Origin: Antedon mediterranea
Lineage: Eukaryota; Animalia; Echinodermata
DNA: 64,000 nucleotides
Assembly: GCF_964355755.1 (NCBI RefSeq)
Contig: NC_092672.1
Span: forward strand, 1,302,001 to 1,366,000
Reading direction: 5' to 3'
Shown: positions 61,840 to 64,000 of the stretch, in pieces
Numbering within the stretch: position 1 is the stretch's first letter
Layout: every line of letters begins with the position of its first letter
Program-made: the position numbers and the translations under genes
Notes under the pieces: model-generated
The model's database searches: none
What the model was told of the DNA's origin: nothing
The model's input: the letters and a program-made list of their open reading frames with translations, nothing else

Positions 61840-62012
61840 AGTAGATGACTGTCAATAGTCAGTCACGAGCTACCCAGGGACAGCTGCAGAATTTCTGATG
61901 ACGATGATGATGATGATGATGGTGAAGTTTGGTATGTTGTAGATGACTGTCAATAGTCAGTCACAATCTACCTAGGGACAGCTACAAAATTGTGTGATGA
62001 CGATGAAGATGA
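61840..62012. repeat. About 97-bp duplication with (gat)n
   Basis: gtagatgactgtcaatagtcagtcac...agggacagct...tgatgacgatga x2. Confidence 0.8.
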
Positions 62013-63087
62013 CGTTGTATATGATTATTAACTATCAGTGAATTCATTCCCAATAATAAACAACTTCGAATGGACGATGATTATTTTGACATACTGTTCA
62101 GTTCAACTATCTCAATTCTAATTTTCCTATAGAAGTTCGTTCGTTCTCAGGAAAATATTTACAATTAAGTTAAATCCTTCGAATATACTAAAAACATATC
62201 TTGGTTAATCCTGAGTCTAACGTCCTATTGATCTGTTTGTCAAAATGTGTACACCTCTTTCTCTTTCTTAATCTCAAGGACATCTGTTCTAAGTTTGAAT
62301 CACAACAATTGTATTTACAACTAAGAAAAAACCGATATGGCTTTTATTCAATTACCGTATCTTCATTTTGTCATTTTTGTTTTCCTTCTCGTGTTGCTTC
62401 CAGCAACGGCTAATTGGCGTCTGTCGTAATAAAGGCTGAAGAATAAAAACTGGTGAGAGGTAAACTCATCCAATTTCATTAATAATTGAACTTTTGATTT
62501 CTATAAATTTTTCAGACATTAAATGAACCGTATAATCATTAGCATAGGTAATTCTTTAAATGTCGTTTTTTAGAGTTTTTATTGTAATTATTTCAGGCCG
62601 CTGGCGTTTAAAATTTGTTGTCAGAGTACGAACGAACGGAGTCCATTCGCGACAACTCATGGCAACTCATTTAGCAATTTTGATTTAAGTTAAAATTCAT
62701 ATCCGCACTTTTTTCTATTATAAACATTAAGAAAATGTTTACACCCAGACTGCCCTTATTTACTCCCGTTTTCGTAGATTATTCTATAAATCTATTGTGG
62801 AGATCTTTTACCCGAGTTCTCTTCCTCTCTTCTCGGGCTCTTATATAAGGCAAATACATTTTAACCGTACACCTTTTTTTCTGATTATGTTGTTTTTAAA
62901 ATTGGTAGAGAAACGGGTCCGTTATAGCCCCATCATTGTTATGAAGGTTTTTAAATGTGAGATTTAGTCGATCACACTTGAAATTTATTTTTACATATTT
63001 AGGCAAAAAATGGTACCAATTACGGTATAGAAATCTACAGAAAACTAAAGAATACGAATCTGTATTGAACAATATTTATCAAAATAA

Positions 63088-63136
63088 AAAAATCACGTGT
63101 TTTTGTCACATAGAGTTTGATAGTGTGGACAGAGCT
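63088..63136. mobile_element. MITE family A right-end fragment
   Basis: ttttgtcacatagagtttgatagtgtggacagagct-TTA. Confidence 0.7.
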
Positions 63137-64000
63137 TTAGAGCGTCGATAACAACAACGTCATCCATTAATAAATATAATATTTTTTTAACAAATATTAA
63201 AATAAAAGACGTAAGAAATAAAACAGTAAAATTGTATGAAGTAAATTATTTATTATTTTCAACGTTTTATTGACATAGATAAGCTAATGTAATAAATACT
63301 ATTACAAATATATAACATATAATTATCAACATTTCATTACGAGTTAAGTACAGACTTGATAGTCACTGAATATGCTTAAATGTACCGCCACTCAAACGTA
63401 CAAGTGTTTATTTTAATTATTGAGAACTAAGAAATGTTTAATACCAAATCATTCCACCACCGTCATATAGGTTTATAAATGATATAAGCGAGATACAGAG
63501 TTCAGTTTTTTTTTATATTAAAACTAAATTATTTATAAAATGTTGTTTAAGCTATATATTTAGTGTTGTTGACAGTGCTGCTGTCAATGAACAAAACAAA
63601 CTTGTGTTTTGCAATCATAGCTATACGATATACTCGCGTGTACCTTTCGAGTGAATGTTGAATTCACTTTCATACATTAAAATACGGACTATCGCGAGTA
63701 ACATAAATACTACACGCGTGTCGAATGGCGAAATAAAGTGATGTGTTTTACCTTTAAAGGTTTGAATACAGACTGTTAGCGATGACTAGGTGGACAGATG
63801 AGTAATGTCAACAAGATATGTACCTAACTTTACGGCTCTGTCTTAATATGAGTATCCGGTTTTCCTATCACGGAACCTTTCCGTAAATACAGCGTAATTT
63901 AGATAACTGTAAACATATCATCGGCCATAAATCTAGTTTTCAGTTTTATGAGCGTAAACACACTTCCTATAAATATTACTAGGTCAGTGCAAAAGTTCAT

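Overview
AT-rich, intron-rich animal genomic DNA, not prokaryotic. The somatostatin-like peptide points to an echinoderm, and a crinoid is possible (inference). Three spliced genes can be reconstructed by hand. (1) The 5' part of RERE/atrophin on the minus strand has five coding exons (14104 down to 223) that encode the BAH domain; the gene continues beyond the left edge. (2) A two-exon SS2-type somatostatin neuropeptide precursor lies on the minus strand (41132-41022 + 25628-25368, 123 aa), with predicted peptide core CIPDFWKGRGRC. It sits directly upstream of RERE, echoing the human 1p36 UTS2/RERE/CORT neighbourhood. (3) A seven-exon plus-strand gene (54980-61187, 1200 aa) encodes a type I membrane protein: signal peptide, Arg9, ten alternating TSP1-EGF units, a D8C (UMOD/GP2/OIT3-like) domain, an Ig-like region, a TM helix and a short tail. 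Non-coding DNA holds three candidate minimal type I hammerhead ribozymes of the Penelope/retrozyme kind, many MITEs (Harbinger-like, piggyBac-like, pogo-like, P-like), tRNA-derived SINEs, LINE fragments and minisatellites. One minisatellite is a tandem copy of a RERE exon end together with its splice donor. All calls come from manual reading; no database searches were run.
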